From: the human T2T-CHM13v2.0 reference genome, Homo sapiens
Strand: one strand, 5' to 3'
Assembly: GCF_009914755.1 (NCBI RefSeq)
Contig: NC_060933.1
Length of the DNA: 64,000 bases
Part shown: positions 46,916 to 59,338 of the stretch, piece by piece
Numbering within the stretch: position 1 is the first letter of the stretch
How the letters are laid out: the number at the start of each line of letters is the position of its first letter
Program-made: the position numbers and the translations under genes
The notes under the pieces: generated by a model
The model's input: the letters and a program-made list of their open reading frames with translations, nothing else
Told to the model about the DNA's origin: nothing
The model's database searches: none

Positions 46916-47377
46916 TGAGAGACTAAACACACAGTTTGATGATGGTCAGACCATATATAAAAAGAGAACTGGAACCCACAACCTGCAGCAACCTGCCCGG
47001 GGTGTCAGACCACAATCTCTGCAGCAATCAGCCCCAAAGGACCAGGACTTGATCAGGAATTGACAGCTTCCCTCATTTTTGCCACCATTTGCAAGGTATG
47101 ACCAACCAGAGAAAGCCAAATATGTTCCCTTAACCAGTCACACAGGAGGCCCCGCCTCTAGTTAACCCACCCAGCTTCCCCAAGCCAACAGCCTCCAACT
47201 GGGGCATGGTAGAACCGAAGCCTTTCCCACCTTCCACTAGAATGCTGTCACCTCCGCTGCCTGCCTGTGAGCCTCTGCCAAAACGCCAAGCAATGGTGGC
47301 TGACCCCTTGCTATTGCAAGCTCAGACTAAATAGCCTTTGCTTGCTTTCACTTTGGTGGGCTTCACTGCTCTCCACA
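46916..47377 (+). mobile_element. Probable ERV1-class solo LTR (subfamily not assigned)
   Basis: TG...CA ends; gaccaaccagagaaagccaaatatg and gctgaccccttgcta...taaatagcctttgc resemble MER4-group LTRs; it interrupts L1 text. Confidence 0.55.
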
Positions 47378-47866
47378 ATATATACAATTGTGATGAGCTC
47401 TCAAGTTCAAACTAGTAGAGGGAAGACAGAACATCCAGTGATATTCAACACTCTGAACAAATGGTTAACCATTTGGGGAAAAAATAAAAGGGGGACTCAT
47501 ACTGCCTACTCACATCCAAATAAATATCAGCTGCACCAAAGATTTAAATATAAAAATGAAACTGTAAAAATAGTAGAAGAAAACATCCATTGATTTGTAT
47601 AACAATTCCCCAAGGAAGGCAAGACTGGTATTTATTACTGTTTTACAGATGAGGGTCCATCAAGGAGGGTGAAAGCCAGGATTTGAACCCAAGCCTGACT
47701 CCTAGTCCACCGGGCAGATGGGATGGGTGGGAATGGGGATGACCAGGAGACATTCCACTTCAGGAACACGTGAAGGCTTGTGTAACCTGGACCCCTTCAG
47801 CTGAGCCCTGGAGAGGGGGTGCCCAGGGGCTTGGCCAGGGCTGCTGGCTTGGCTGGGGCAGCTCAC

Positions 47867-48008
47867 CTGTTGGGATTGTAGCCCAGGCGGTTCAGCAGGT
47901 GTGCCTGGTCGAGGTCCCGCGGGACGCCGTGTAGCACCCAGCCTTTCTGGATGCAGTCCTGCTGGTCCAGGCGCTGGCTCAGCACCTTCATGAGGAGGCT
48001 GTCAGGAA
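47867..48008 (-). CDS. AK8: Internal coding exon (142 nt) of adenylate kinase 8, second AK domain; recalled as exon 11 of 13
   Basis: The minus strand reads ccccccttctctgcAG|TT CCT GAC AGC CTC CTC ATG AAG...AAT CCC AAC AG|GTgagc. That is 2 nt + 46 codons + 2 nt = (V)[46 protein letters not shown](R). It carries the AK-family GWVLHGVPR motif (equivalent to GFLLDGFPR) and matches my recollection of human AK8. Confidence 0.95.
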
Positions 48009-48034
48009 CTGCAGAGAAGGGGGGCAAGTGAGTA
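48009..48034 (-). promoter_or_regulatory. 3' splice site of the AK8 exon: branch point, polypyrimidine tract and CAG
   Basis: The minus strand reads TACTCAC ttgccccccttctctgCAG, placing a yUnAy branch A at about -21 (position 48029). Confidence 0.7.
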
Positions 48035-48303
48035 CCCTGCTGGCCGGCAGCCCATGGGTCCTGGGCTTCCTAACTTTACTTGGCCATAGATTGAGCTGCT
48101 GAAGAAGTGGGTCTAGGTGGAGCCACTTGGAACCACTTGGACAAGGTTGTCAGTGCCTATTTCCCAGGTCCCTCCTCGGTCCCAGCAACGGGGCTGCGTG
48201 AGATGGGAAATGCACTGGCTGACCTTGACCTCGGTCTTTCCCTTTCCTGGACACGACACCATCCCCACCTGCAACCCAGTGAGATGTGAGCAGATTGTCC
48301 CCC

Positions 48304-48614
48304 TGTCTTAGTCCATTTGGGCTGCTATAGCAAAATCCCGTAAACTGGGTGTCTGGGGAGTCTAAGATCAAGTCAGATTCAGTGCCTGGAAAGGGCCTAT
48401 TTTCTGGTTCACAGATGGTGCCTTCTTGCTTCATCCTCACCTGGTGGAAGGGGTGAGAAGTCTCTCTGGGGTCTCCCTTATACGGGCACTAATCCCATCC
48501 ACAAGGGCCCCTGCCTTGTGACCTCATCACCTCCCAAAGGTCCCATCTAACACCATTGTCTTGGGGATTAGATTTTAACATATGAATTTTGGGATGACAC
48601 ATTCAGACCATAGC
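48304..48614 (-). mobile_element. MLT1A-like MaLR LTR
   Basis: tgtcttagtccatttgggctgctata...gggcactaatcccatcc...acattcagaccatagca. Confidence 0.88.
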
Positions 48615-49479
48615 AACCACTATGGGCCCAGTTTTTGCAGCAAACACTTTTCCTGGAAGCGCACCAGCTCCAGCTGCAGTTTCAGTTTTCCTCAAGTGGG
48701 ACTGTGCCAGCGCCCCCAAAGCTCTCTGCCAGTCTGTGATGCGCTAGCAACGCCCACTCCCCTTTCCCAAAATTCTCCAATTCTCCCATCCTTGATGCTT
48801 AGAACGAAGTCTCTCCCAAGAATCACAGAACTAGTTATAACCAAAGACTGAAATAAAGTCCTAAGGAGAATGAGATATTGAGAAGCCTCTTGTTTACATT
48901 GCGGCAATTGACATTTTCCTGAAATTCATACGTCTCTTCCCAGACTCATTAAATGTCCTATGTTGCTAATGTACTGCGTTCTAGCAATTTGCACTGTGTT
49001 TCCTGCACTTTGCACTCATTTTTCCAGAAATACTTGGTAAATATTACCATTGTTTGCTATGACTGTGGCCCCACTGGAACTGGTTCCTAGGGGTGTGGTG
49101 GCAGTGAGTTTGGCAGTTTCTCTGGAAGCTGCCTGGTTACCCTCCTACCGACTGCCCGGGGGTCTGGCAAGCGGGCCTGAAGCACACATTTGAAACCTTC
49201 CACAGGGCCCCCCAGGCTGACAGCCAGGTGAACGTGGAAGCAAGAGATGCAGAAAAATCACTGCCAGCCGTTTTCCCTGTGGCCGTGACTTGCTGGGTTG
49301 CTGCCCTTGTCACCAAAAAACCATAACCCTAATTCTAAGCAGTCTGCATTTCCCTGAATGTGTTCTCTCTCATGCCCTTCAGCCTTTCTTCCCCAGTCCC
49401 TAGGAAAGAGCAGAAAAGGGTTTTTGCTTTAACGAGAACATCTGGCTATCTAGCATGAATGAGAAGTCACTTCAGCGAA

Positions 49480-51420
49480 TCCCATCCCTTCCCCTGCTTC
49501 AAACCTGCAGGGGCTCCCCAGTGCTCCGAGGATAAAGAGCAGTCTCCTTTCCAAGGCAAGGTCTGTGCCCTGCCTTCCTCCCAGGTGAATCTTGCCAGCT
49601 TGCACCTCCCTTCGAACGTGCCACCTCCTCCATCCGGAACACCCTTCTCCCACATCTTGCCTGGGGCAGCCTTCAAACTCAGCCTCAGGGCCACGGTGTG
49701 ATGTTCCCTCCCCAGGGAAGTCTCTGAGGACAGCCCCCAGCCTGCACTTCTCATCCTCCCTCACTTGCCACCCTTGTTATCACAAAGATACTTCTCTCTG
49801 GGTGATTCTTTCTTTAATGTCTGCGTCTCTTTCATGGATGGGTCCCATAATAACAAAGAACCATGTCTCTCCCATTTTTCCCTGCCTAGAAAGATGTCTG
49901 GCACATAGTAGGTGTTGAATAAATAGAAGGCTTCTCTTTTTCAAATATTTCAAAAGTAATCAACTCTGTTAAAATCAACTTGACCAGACTTTGGGGAAGC
50001 CAGGTTGTAGACAGAACATGGGCTTGGGGCATTCACAAATCCAGGTCTCATCTCAGCTCCTCCCTTTCTTGCTGCCTCATCTCCAGGCAGTCTCTCACTC
50101 TCTGAGCGTCAGCTTCCTATCTGCTGAAAGGATAAGAGGACCTGTTGTGACCGGCTCACACCGCATTTACGATTCTGGCACACAGCCGACACTCAAAGGT
50201 GGTGGCTATTACTTTTCAATTCAGGAGATGTGTGTGGGGAAGTGATGCTTCACGAATATTTTCACGGTTGCCTGTGGTCAGGGCGTGCCAGCAAAGACTG
50301 TTGGCACCTGGGATAAAGGATGACAGATTAAGAACAGCCTTGGAAGTTAAAGACAGAGACCTCCAGAGAGACTTAGGGACCTCTGCCTCGAGACATTTGT
50401 TTACATTCAAAGGGCTGTAAACCTAGTGACCTCCTCCTCCTCTCCCCAGAAGGAGTCGGAGTCAGAGTCGGTTCCTTCCAGAGTAAAGCTCGGGAGGGAG
50501 CTGGCATGTTGTCTTGCATAAGCTCCAAGAGTCACAGTGTTGGGGCTCCCCTCCTGCTATAGACCCCCTGTACACTCGGGGTGCACTTGGCTCTTTCCAC
50601 ATTGCCTGTGAGGAACTGGGGCGTGGGGAGCCAGCTCTGAGATTACTGTGTGAAAGAATTTGGTCTGTCCTCTGATCCAGAGACCTTGTGTTTTCTTGCC
50701 AGGATGAATAAATACCGATTTAAAACAATGTAGGGTAAGAATCTGCCATAGAGCCTTCCAGTCCAGGTCTACCCTTAATATTTACAGATATTTTCACGGA
50801 AAGAAGAAACCAATACAGAAATAATCCTATCCCCACGATTCACCCAGTGGGTAGTTGCTGACCATCTAGGCTGTGCCAGGCACTGTGCTGGACATGGGAT
50901 ACGGTCTACGCAGCAAGCCTGACTGCCAAGGCCCCCGGGCTCCTGAAGTTCACGCTGTCTCGGGGAGACAAACATTACCCAGGTAACAAATAACCATTTC
51001 TAAGAGTCATGGGTACTGTGAAGAAAATCAACCAAATGATGGGAGGCTGATGGTTTGACCGGGCCTAGGACGGCTACTAAGGAGGCCGCATTTGGCTGAG
51101 ATCAGAATGGTGGATCCCGCTAATAATCCAGGCCCACTAAGGCCTCCATTGTTTAGCGGTGAGAATTATTTGGACCAAATATTTTCTGAGTGTCATCTCT
51201 AATAATCAAGTATGGCTTGGAAACCCAGCTGCACTGTAGGTGGTCTGACCTTTGGAGCCACAGCTTTCTGAGGGCCTGGAAGGTCATCCCATTGACCTCT
51301 TGTTTCAAAGTTAGGAAACTGAAGCCCAAAGAGGTTGTGGTTTAAGTGACCCGCCCAAGGTCATCTAGCCAGCTGGTGATCAGGCTGGGATAGGACCCTG
51401 ATCCCCGGCCCATAACACCC
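49480..51420. mobile_element. Scattered L2 and MIR relics
   Basis: ctggcacatagtaggtgttgaataaata (49898), ctctctgagcgtcagcttcct (50098), gtgccaggcactgtgctgg (50873), ggaaactgaagcccaaagagg (51314). Confidence 0.55.
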
Positions 51421-51589
51421 CCAACTGTTCTGCTGCCTCATTACCCAATGGCCTGGAGCCCCTGAGTCCCTCACATTGGCCACTTACGAACCAATACAAA
51501 GTTTCTCAACTGAGGAGAAATCTGACTCGAGGGAAAAATGGAAGGCCAGATAGAAATACAATGAGGTTTTTGTTTTTGTTTTTTCTGTT

Positions 51590-51990
51590 AGTTGACAAAG
51601 ATTTCTAGAGAGAATTTCCCAACTTGCATCAAAATTTAAAATGTACATGTCTTTTGACCCAGCAATCCTATTTCTAAGAACTTGAACCTAAGAGGGGAAA
51701 AAGATGTGTATACAAAGATGTCCATTTCAGTGTTGTTTACAATAGTGACAACTGGAAATGATCTAGAATGTCCATCAATAGAGGACAGATTAAATCAAAG
51801 AAGGTACATCTCTGCAATAGAATATTAGACAACCTTTTAAAAACAATCTCTATATTAACTTGCAAAGTTAATATAGACAGGTCGAGGCAGAAGTCTATGA
51901 CAGAATGAGAAAAAAGCAGGTAAATAAACGGCTTGTATACATGGTCTAATTTAAACATATATTCATATGTGACTATATTAATATATACAC
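51590..51990 (+). mobile_element. Old L1M 3' fragment
   Basis: catcaaaatttaaaatgtacatgtcttttgacccagcaatcctatttcta...aatgtccatcaatagagg. Confidence 0.7.
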
Positions 51991-52001
51991 ATACATACAT
52001 G

Positions 52002-52003
<2 letters not shown>

Positions 52004-52046
<43 letters not shown>
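52004..52046. repeat. (CA)~21 microsatellite
   Basis: Uninterrupted AC run. Confidence 0.97.
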
Positions 52047-52049
<3 letters not shown>

Positions 52050-54664
52050 GGAGGGGGAAGGGTGGCCGCCACTTCACGCTCCATGAATCGGACTCAAGCC
52101 CTTGCTCATGGAGCCCAGGGTGGTGGAGGTGAGAGGGCACCCGGATGTAATGCAACACAAACCTGGCAGGAAAGCAGAGGTCACAGAAGTAGGAAGTGCT
52201 GGGGATGTCGGAGGCAGGGAGGGCCAAATTTCCAAAAGATTGAGGAAGAAAGGGAATGCTCACGCTGGTTCCCACTTTGAGCCAAAACCCAAACAAACCC
52301 CTCTCTGCAGGAATCAGGAAACACAGGCTCTGCAGCCAGCACTTCCTGGAAGGGCTCATCACAAGCGCACATCAGTAACAACTGATGTAGTATCCACTTA
52401 ATACCTGCATTCCCACCCCAACGCCCACCCCATGAAAGCAGGGATCCCCCCAGTAGGGTCAGGCTCATTGCTATACCCCAGCACCTGGCACAGTACTGGG
52501 CCCACGGAAAGCATCTAATAAACACGAAGGAAGGAAGGAAGGGAGGGAGGGAAGGAAAAAAGGGAACCATTTCCAAAACCCAGGAAGTTCTTTAGTTCCT
52601 CAAGCGTTCATGGGCCAGAGAACTTAAGGACTTTTCTCACCAAGCACTGAATCAGGTCCTGCGGCAACAGAAAATAACCAAGGGAGACGCTTCCTCTCAG
52701 TCGTTCCATTCATCTCTACGTGATCACCCACTCGTGAATTAAATATGCAGCCAAAAGAATGAGCACTAGCACCTGGGGTTTGTTGGGAGGGGTCTCTGGG
52801 GTAGGGGAGGGTGGTTCTAGATGCAACAAGGGTGGCCACAAGCACGTGAGGTTCATTATACTAGCGATGGCTCCCACAGGTTCATTATTCTATTCTCTCT
52901 GCTTTTTAGATGTGTTTAACGTTTTCCACTAAAAATGTGATTTTTTTTTAAAGGAAACCATTTAATGCTTAAAACAGATTGAAATGGCCCCTGTGAGAGA
53001 CCGTTCCTAAAGTGACAAAGGACACAATCTCCCCCGAAGGCCATGGGCGGCTCTCCCTTTTGGGGGACCTGCAGTTTGGGTGGCCTCCAGCCGTCCTGTA
53101 ACTCCACCAGTTCCGGAAGCTCTGCCCAGAAGCCTGGCATCACGGGCACTTGCCCACATCTGCCTGTGTTAGCAGTCCTGCGAAAGCTCCTCGTTCGAGT
53201 CCTTTAACCTTTTATAAGGAACAGCAACACATTTTGGCTCACAGTTCCTCACTGGGGCTGCGTGGCTAAGGAACTGCACTGGTCCTCTCCCAGCGCACAG
53301 GGATCCTGGATCCTGGTAGGGCCCTCCCATCTGGGTCAAGACAAGCAACAGACCCCACTGGGTGCTGCTCTGAGGCTACCGACCTTTCCCAGTCAGCATC
53401 TCTCCTCAGTGGCAGCACGCAGGGTTGAGGAGTGAGGGGTGAACCCTGAAGACCCTGCCTTTAGTGTAAATTCCCCAAACCCACCCATGTCTCCTGTCCC
53501 AGCCTCTCTGAGGCTCGGTGTCTGTTTTGCTGTGGCTTGTTTGGATTTTCCTGCCAGCTATGGACTCACGTTTCCAGCCCCACATGGTCTGACTGGCCAG
53601 CTCAGCACAAAGCTGAGAACAAGCTGCTCCTTGGTTCACTGTGCTCTGCCAGAAGTTTCGAGTCCTCTTGATAATGCTGTCCATTTACCCTTTCTCCTCC
53701 TCTCAGACAGAGATTTTTCAGTGCGGTCTAAAGTCTTTCACCATTAAGTCAGATGCCTCAGGCTTGATTTCTGGGCTTGACAGTTAACATCTCACCCTTC
53801 ATACAAAGCTACCGCCAAGGGTTACCTCTCTGGAGTGTTCTGTCAGCCCTAAATTTAGCCAACTGCAAGATATGAGTATCTCATTATTTCATAAGGCCAC
53901 ACCACATGGTTTCGTTTGTTTTTGTTTTTTTTTTTCTCAAGATCTTCCATAAAAGATGGCAGTCCTCAAGTTGACCTCCAGGTTATTAAAATCTCAATCC
54001 ATTTATTCCCCGCGGGGCTGGGTGTGCTTGGCCCTTGGCATGGGGGTAGATGGGGATCCATGGTGGCAAGTGGGATGCTCCCAGGCCTCCACTCCCCACC
54101 GCGGGCCCGTGTCCCACCCTCCTGTCTCGAAGGGGAAGGAGTCCTGTCTAAAGGCCCAGGATCCCATTGGGCTCCCTCCCGCACAGCAGTTCCACGGCTC
54201 CGGACAGGAGTCCCGACACCCATGAGATGCAACTGGGCAGCACTGACTCCTCCCGGGCTGCAGGTCTGGCTTCAGTCACCCTCGGTCACATCCAGCTCCA
54301 GAGCTGATGGGTGTGAGTAGGGAAGGGCTCGGAGAGAGCACCCAGGCCAGCTTGCGGTTTTCCAGCAGGCACCAGAGGCCCCTCCTGCTGCGCCACGCCG
54401 CCGCCTGCTGTCCGCACCGCAGAGCCAGCCCTGCAGGGACCTTGGCTTTCTGCCCATCAGTTATTGTTGAGGGAGAAGATATGAGGGACACTAAGGTTTC
54501 TGGGGCTGGCATATAAAGATAGGACAAAAAGTGGAGAGAAGGAAATAGCTCCTTCAGCCAGTGGCTTAAAGATAAAAAACATGCTAAGGTTGATTGCTAG
54601 ACTCACGACAAGCCATGTGAGCCTCCTTGGCACCCTAGGGCAAACAGGAAAGAGCTGAGTGCCT

Positions 54665-54990
54665 CCCCACACACCCTTGCACATGCCCTGCACACGTCAC
54701 CCCTCCATGCACACTCATAAACGCCCCCACACACTACATACATGTCTACACACACGACACCTGACACACTACAACACACACAGGCACGCACACACACAGA
54801 CATGTGCTCATGCACTCAGCTACAAACACACACACACACACACCACACACCCCCACACCCCTACACCCCACCACGTGCACAACACATACTGTATACCCAC
54901 CTATCCACACATAGTACACGAAGCACACACCCTCATTACACAAACACATCTAGCAAACACACCTACATACCTACACCGCACCCACACTGC
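54665..54990. repeat. Degenerate CA-rich low-complexity tract
   Basis: Interrupted cacacac/catac units over ~320 bp. Confidence 0.85.
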
Positions 54991-56149
54991 CTCTCCTCAT
55001 CCCTCACATTCGCTTCAAACTGCCCGGTGTAACTTCTTTCCTTCTTCAAGCCCTCCTTGAAATTGATGTCAAGATGAGCATCAGTGTTCATGGGGGAGGC
55101 TGGCATTTGCTTCTCTTTCTCCTGTGGTCCCTGGGTCCCTGGGTCCCGCCCCTCCTGAAGGATCCCAATAGGACCCAGGAGGTCCAGGGAATCTTACAAA
55201 AGGAACAGGACTGTGGAGGAGGAAAAGGGGTTGCTTTTGGTTTTGTTTTTTAATTTCCATTTCACACAACCTGGTGCCTGAAAGAAGCGGGGCTCGCATC
55301 CCGCCAGGGGCTCTACTCTAGGCTGCTGGGAGGTTTGCCCAGGCCCTGACTTAATTCAAGGAAAGCCGAACGCCTCCCATCTCTGGAGGCCATCACTCTC
55401 GGGATGGCACTGATTCCCGGCAGCTGGGCCTGCAAGCCCGTCTCGCTGCCGTCACCAGAAATCCTGCGTGCCCTGAAGGCCCTGCAGCGCCCCAGTGCCA
55501 GGACCTGGCGCCAGGTGTTTCTGTTGGTGATGCCGTTTGTTTGTTATTTACTACCACCTGCTGGTGAAACATGGGTTCTGCATCCCCCAAGTGAACGCCG
55601 CCAGCAACGCACAGAACATTTCCAAACCCTGGAGAAGAGAATGAGGAGAAACTGGGATTGTTCCATCGGCCGCACCCTGCAATTCCTAAGGGAGGGTAAG
55701 GCCACTGGATCTAGCTTGCTCTTTGGTAAACTCAAGTCAATTGCCCCAGACAAACCCCCATCTGGCCGGGCCTTGGTTCCCCAAGTAGGAGATGAAACAG
55801 ATGCCTTCCATGGTTTTCTTAGACGCCAACCTTTCTACTCTAATATCTCTACTGCTTAACAACGTTTAAAATTGCCTGGCAGACAATGGCGCCAGGAAAT
55901 AACAATGTGTTAATACTGGATTTTCTTTCAAGACCAGAGAAGTCAGTACATCAGCCCTGGGTGCCCTGCAGACTAGGAGGCCATGTTGTGCCCCTCCTCC
56001 CTTGGAGAGGGCCACCCACTTTCTGTCACTCCCTTCTTTACCATGTCTACTCAGGCAAAAGGCAAAGACAAGACTGACGTGCCCACACGGCATTGACACA
56101 GCTACCTGAGGGGCAGAGATGCCCAACAGTGAATATTTCAGTTTGTCCC

Positions 56150-56481
<332 letters not shown>

Positions 56482-56939
56482 TAGGTGACAAAAGAGACCA
56501 TTCAAAAATAGACATTCTTCTATAAACAACTGGTACATCACTTAGCAAATTAGTAAAACTTCTCTATTGGAAATGCTCGGCTAGCCACACTGTGCAGAAT
56601 GATTTGACAATTTTTATTTTAAAGTACATTTTTACATCTTTCAATGGAATATGAAAGTATCTGGGAAAATGAGCAGAGGTCGGCCAGTCTGCATGTGAAC
56701 TGGATTATTTTAAGGAGTGATGTATTCACTAAGTGTACACTGCAGATCAAAGCATTTAAGGAACACGATTTTCCTTCCATTTTAATGAATTCAGGGCTTA
56801 GAACCAGTTTTTTCTCCCACATCTCAAGGGCAGCAAGGATGCCATAGCCCACGAAATCTGGGAGAAGAAAGTCAGCAGCAAACAGAACCACGAGCCCAGT
56901 TTTCTGGGAGGGAAAAGATATGATAGTATATTGACTCAC

Positions 56940-57180
56940 CAAGCATGTATGCTACAGTGCATATGATGAGCCTGGCCCTGTTCTAAGCATATCTTTGTTC
57001 TAATACAAATATTAATTCATGTAGTTTTCTCCCTATGAAAGAAGTAGTCACAGTATCCCATTTTACAGATTAGAAAACTAAGGCACAGGAAGAGGAAGTG
57101 ACTTGCCCATGGCCATACAGCTCACAGGTAGTGGAGCTTGGATTTGCATCCAGCCAATCCAGCTCTGGGGCTGCTTGCTG
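56940..57180 (-). mobile_element. MIR
   Basis: atcccattttacagattagaaaactaaggcacaggaagaggaagtgacttgcccatggccatacagct. Confidence 0.75.
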
Positions 57181-57489
57181 CCACCTGACTTTTAGGAGGA
57201 CGAGCACTGTGACGATGAGGACTAGAGGCCCAAACTCTGCCCTGCGCTCTGCATTCCACTTGCAGCCTGCCTTTGGGCGATTCATTTTACCTCCTAGCCA
57301 AGGCTTCCTCCTCTTCATGGGGACAAAATTGGGCTCCAAAGCCACGGAGGTATTGGTAGGCCCCTGTGTGGCACCCGATGTCGCCTGGGGATCCAGCTCC
57401 TGAGGGCTGCTTAGGCTGTGGCTGCCTCCCAGGCACGTGGTGCAGCCCATCCTGAACAAAACTAAAATGTTCACATCAAGCCTTCCCCG

Positions 57490-58156
57490 GTGTGGTGTGG
57501 GAGATTAAAGATGGCCACGCCTTCTTTGCTACTCCTCCCAGGGCAGGGGGCGGGAGGGGGGCGGTGTCTCAATCCCCTCCCTGGAACCTGGGCTGGCCCC
57601 AGTGACAAGCTCTGTGAACAGATTCAGACAGAAGTGTATCCTGGGGTGTCTGTGGTGAAGTCATGGGATGCCTGGCCGCTGGCCCCACCTTCCACCCCAA
57701 CCACTGCCGCCCTTGAACTCTCTGGAGTGCTTGTGCCAGGAGCAGCCAGACACCAAGTAAGAAGGCAGGTGAAGCCAGCCCCACGGAGAGGCTGTGAGGA
57801 GGGAAGATGCCTGGCCAGCCCCAGCCATTCCAAGCGTGCCCTCCCAGGCACCAGGCATGCCGATGAAGAATCCGTCTTGGACACACTATCCCTGCAGATG
57901 CAACGTGGAGAAAAACCAAGGAACCAAGCTGATGCCAGAACTGAGATCCAGATGTAAATCCCCGGGTGAGCCAGCCCAGCTCTCTTAGGCAGTTCAAGGC
58001 ATCCCACCTAAGCCCAAGTCAGCACAGAGCAGAGTCGAGACCTCCTTGCCATGTCCTGCCCCAAACCCTGACCCACTAAATCAGGAGCATAATAAACTCA
58101 GCGTCATTTTATGCCATTAAATTGGGGGGTAGCTTGTTAGGCTACAAGAGATACTT
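57490..58156 (+). mobile_element. MLT1 (F/G/H-like) LTR
   Basis: gattaaagatggccac...ctttgctactcctccca...tttatgccattaaattggggggtagcttgttaggc. Confidence 0.65.
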
Positions 58157-58160
58157 GGGG

Positions 58161-58509
58161 GACATACCCAAGACTGGGTAATTTATAAAGGAAAGAGGTT
58201 TAATGGACTCACAGTTCTGCAAGGCTGGGGAGGCCTTGGGAAACTTACAATCATGGCAGAAGGGGAAGCAAACACGTCCTTCTTCACATAGCGGCAGCCA
58301 GGAGAGGTGCAGAGCAAAGGGGCAGAGCGGGGGAAAGCCCTTTATAAAACCATCAGATCTTGTGAGAACTCACTATCACGAGAACAGCATGGAGGTAACC
58401 ACCCCCAAGATTCAATTACCTCCCACCGGGTCCCTCCCATGACACGTGAGGATTATGGGAACTACAGTTCAAGATGAGATTTGGGTGGGGACACAGCCAA
58501 ACCATATCA
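58161..58509 (-). mobile_element. THE1-type MaLR LTR, one end truncated
   Basis: gacatacccaagactgggtaatttataaagg...ggggacacagccaaaccatatca. Confidence 0.9.
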
Positions 58510-59049
58510 CGGAGCATCAGAGTAATGCAAACTGGAGCTTTGTCAGTTCCCAGTTACCTCAGGAACTAGGTCCCCAAAGCTGGTAGCAGTCATGGGAAAT
58601 AAATAAATATAAAAAATCCCCCATATATTCACACCCGACAGGACTTGCTGTGAGTACCATTACTACCACTAAGATGATGATGATGGCAACTCCATTCTTG
58701 ATAATAATCATGGTGAGTAATCAGTGATTACAACCAGTGACCATAGTAAGTAATTAGTGAATTACAGACACAATTCCCTTTATATAGAGCAAGCCAACAA
58801 ATGGGATCCTAGGAAAGCTCGCCTTACAGATGGGAAAACTGAAGGGAGCTCTGAGGGGGCGCATGGCTTGCCCAGGAGCACAGCTGGGAGGAAGCAGAGT
58901 CTGAATGGGAACCAAGTCTGTGTGATTCTGAGCCACGGCCCCTCCCATCTGGGAGTGACAGTCACTTGCCTCCCTTCTAGAAATCCTTCAGGCTGCATGC
59001 CGCCCCCTGTGACCTGTCTCCTCTTTGTTCCTTCAAGACTAATTCTCTG

Positions 59050-59338
59050 GGCCGGGCATGGTGGTTCACGCCTGTAATCCCAGCACTTTGGGAGGCCGAG
59101 GCTGGCGGATCATGAGGTCAAGAGATGGAGACCTGGCCAATATGGTGAAACCCCATCTCTACTAAAAATACAAAAATTAGCCGGGCGTGGTGGCGGGCGC
59201 CTGTAGTCCCAGTTACTCAGGAGGTTGAGGCAGGAGAATCGCTTGAACCCAGGAGGCGAAAGTTGTAGTGAGCCGAGATCGCGCCACTGCGATCCAGCCT
59301 GGGGACAGAGTGAGACTCCATCTCAAAAAAAAAAAAAA
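59050..59338 (+). mobile_element. Alu (AluSc-like)
   Basis: Full consensus; TSD aagactaattctctg at 59035 and 59337. Confidence 0.93.

Noticed and set aside
48025-48034. Plus-strand donor-like caa|gtgagt suggesting an antisense exon
   Set aside because: It is the reverse complement of the AK8 branch point TACTCAC.
54659-55060. His/Thr-rich ORFs
   Set aside because: Translation of CA-rich low-complexity DNA.
55404-55859. 151-aa ATG-initiated ORF in GC-rich unique DNA
   Set aside because: No recognisable domain or splice context; this length is expected by chance in GC-rich sequence.
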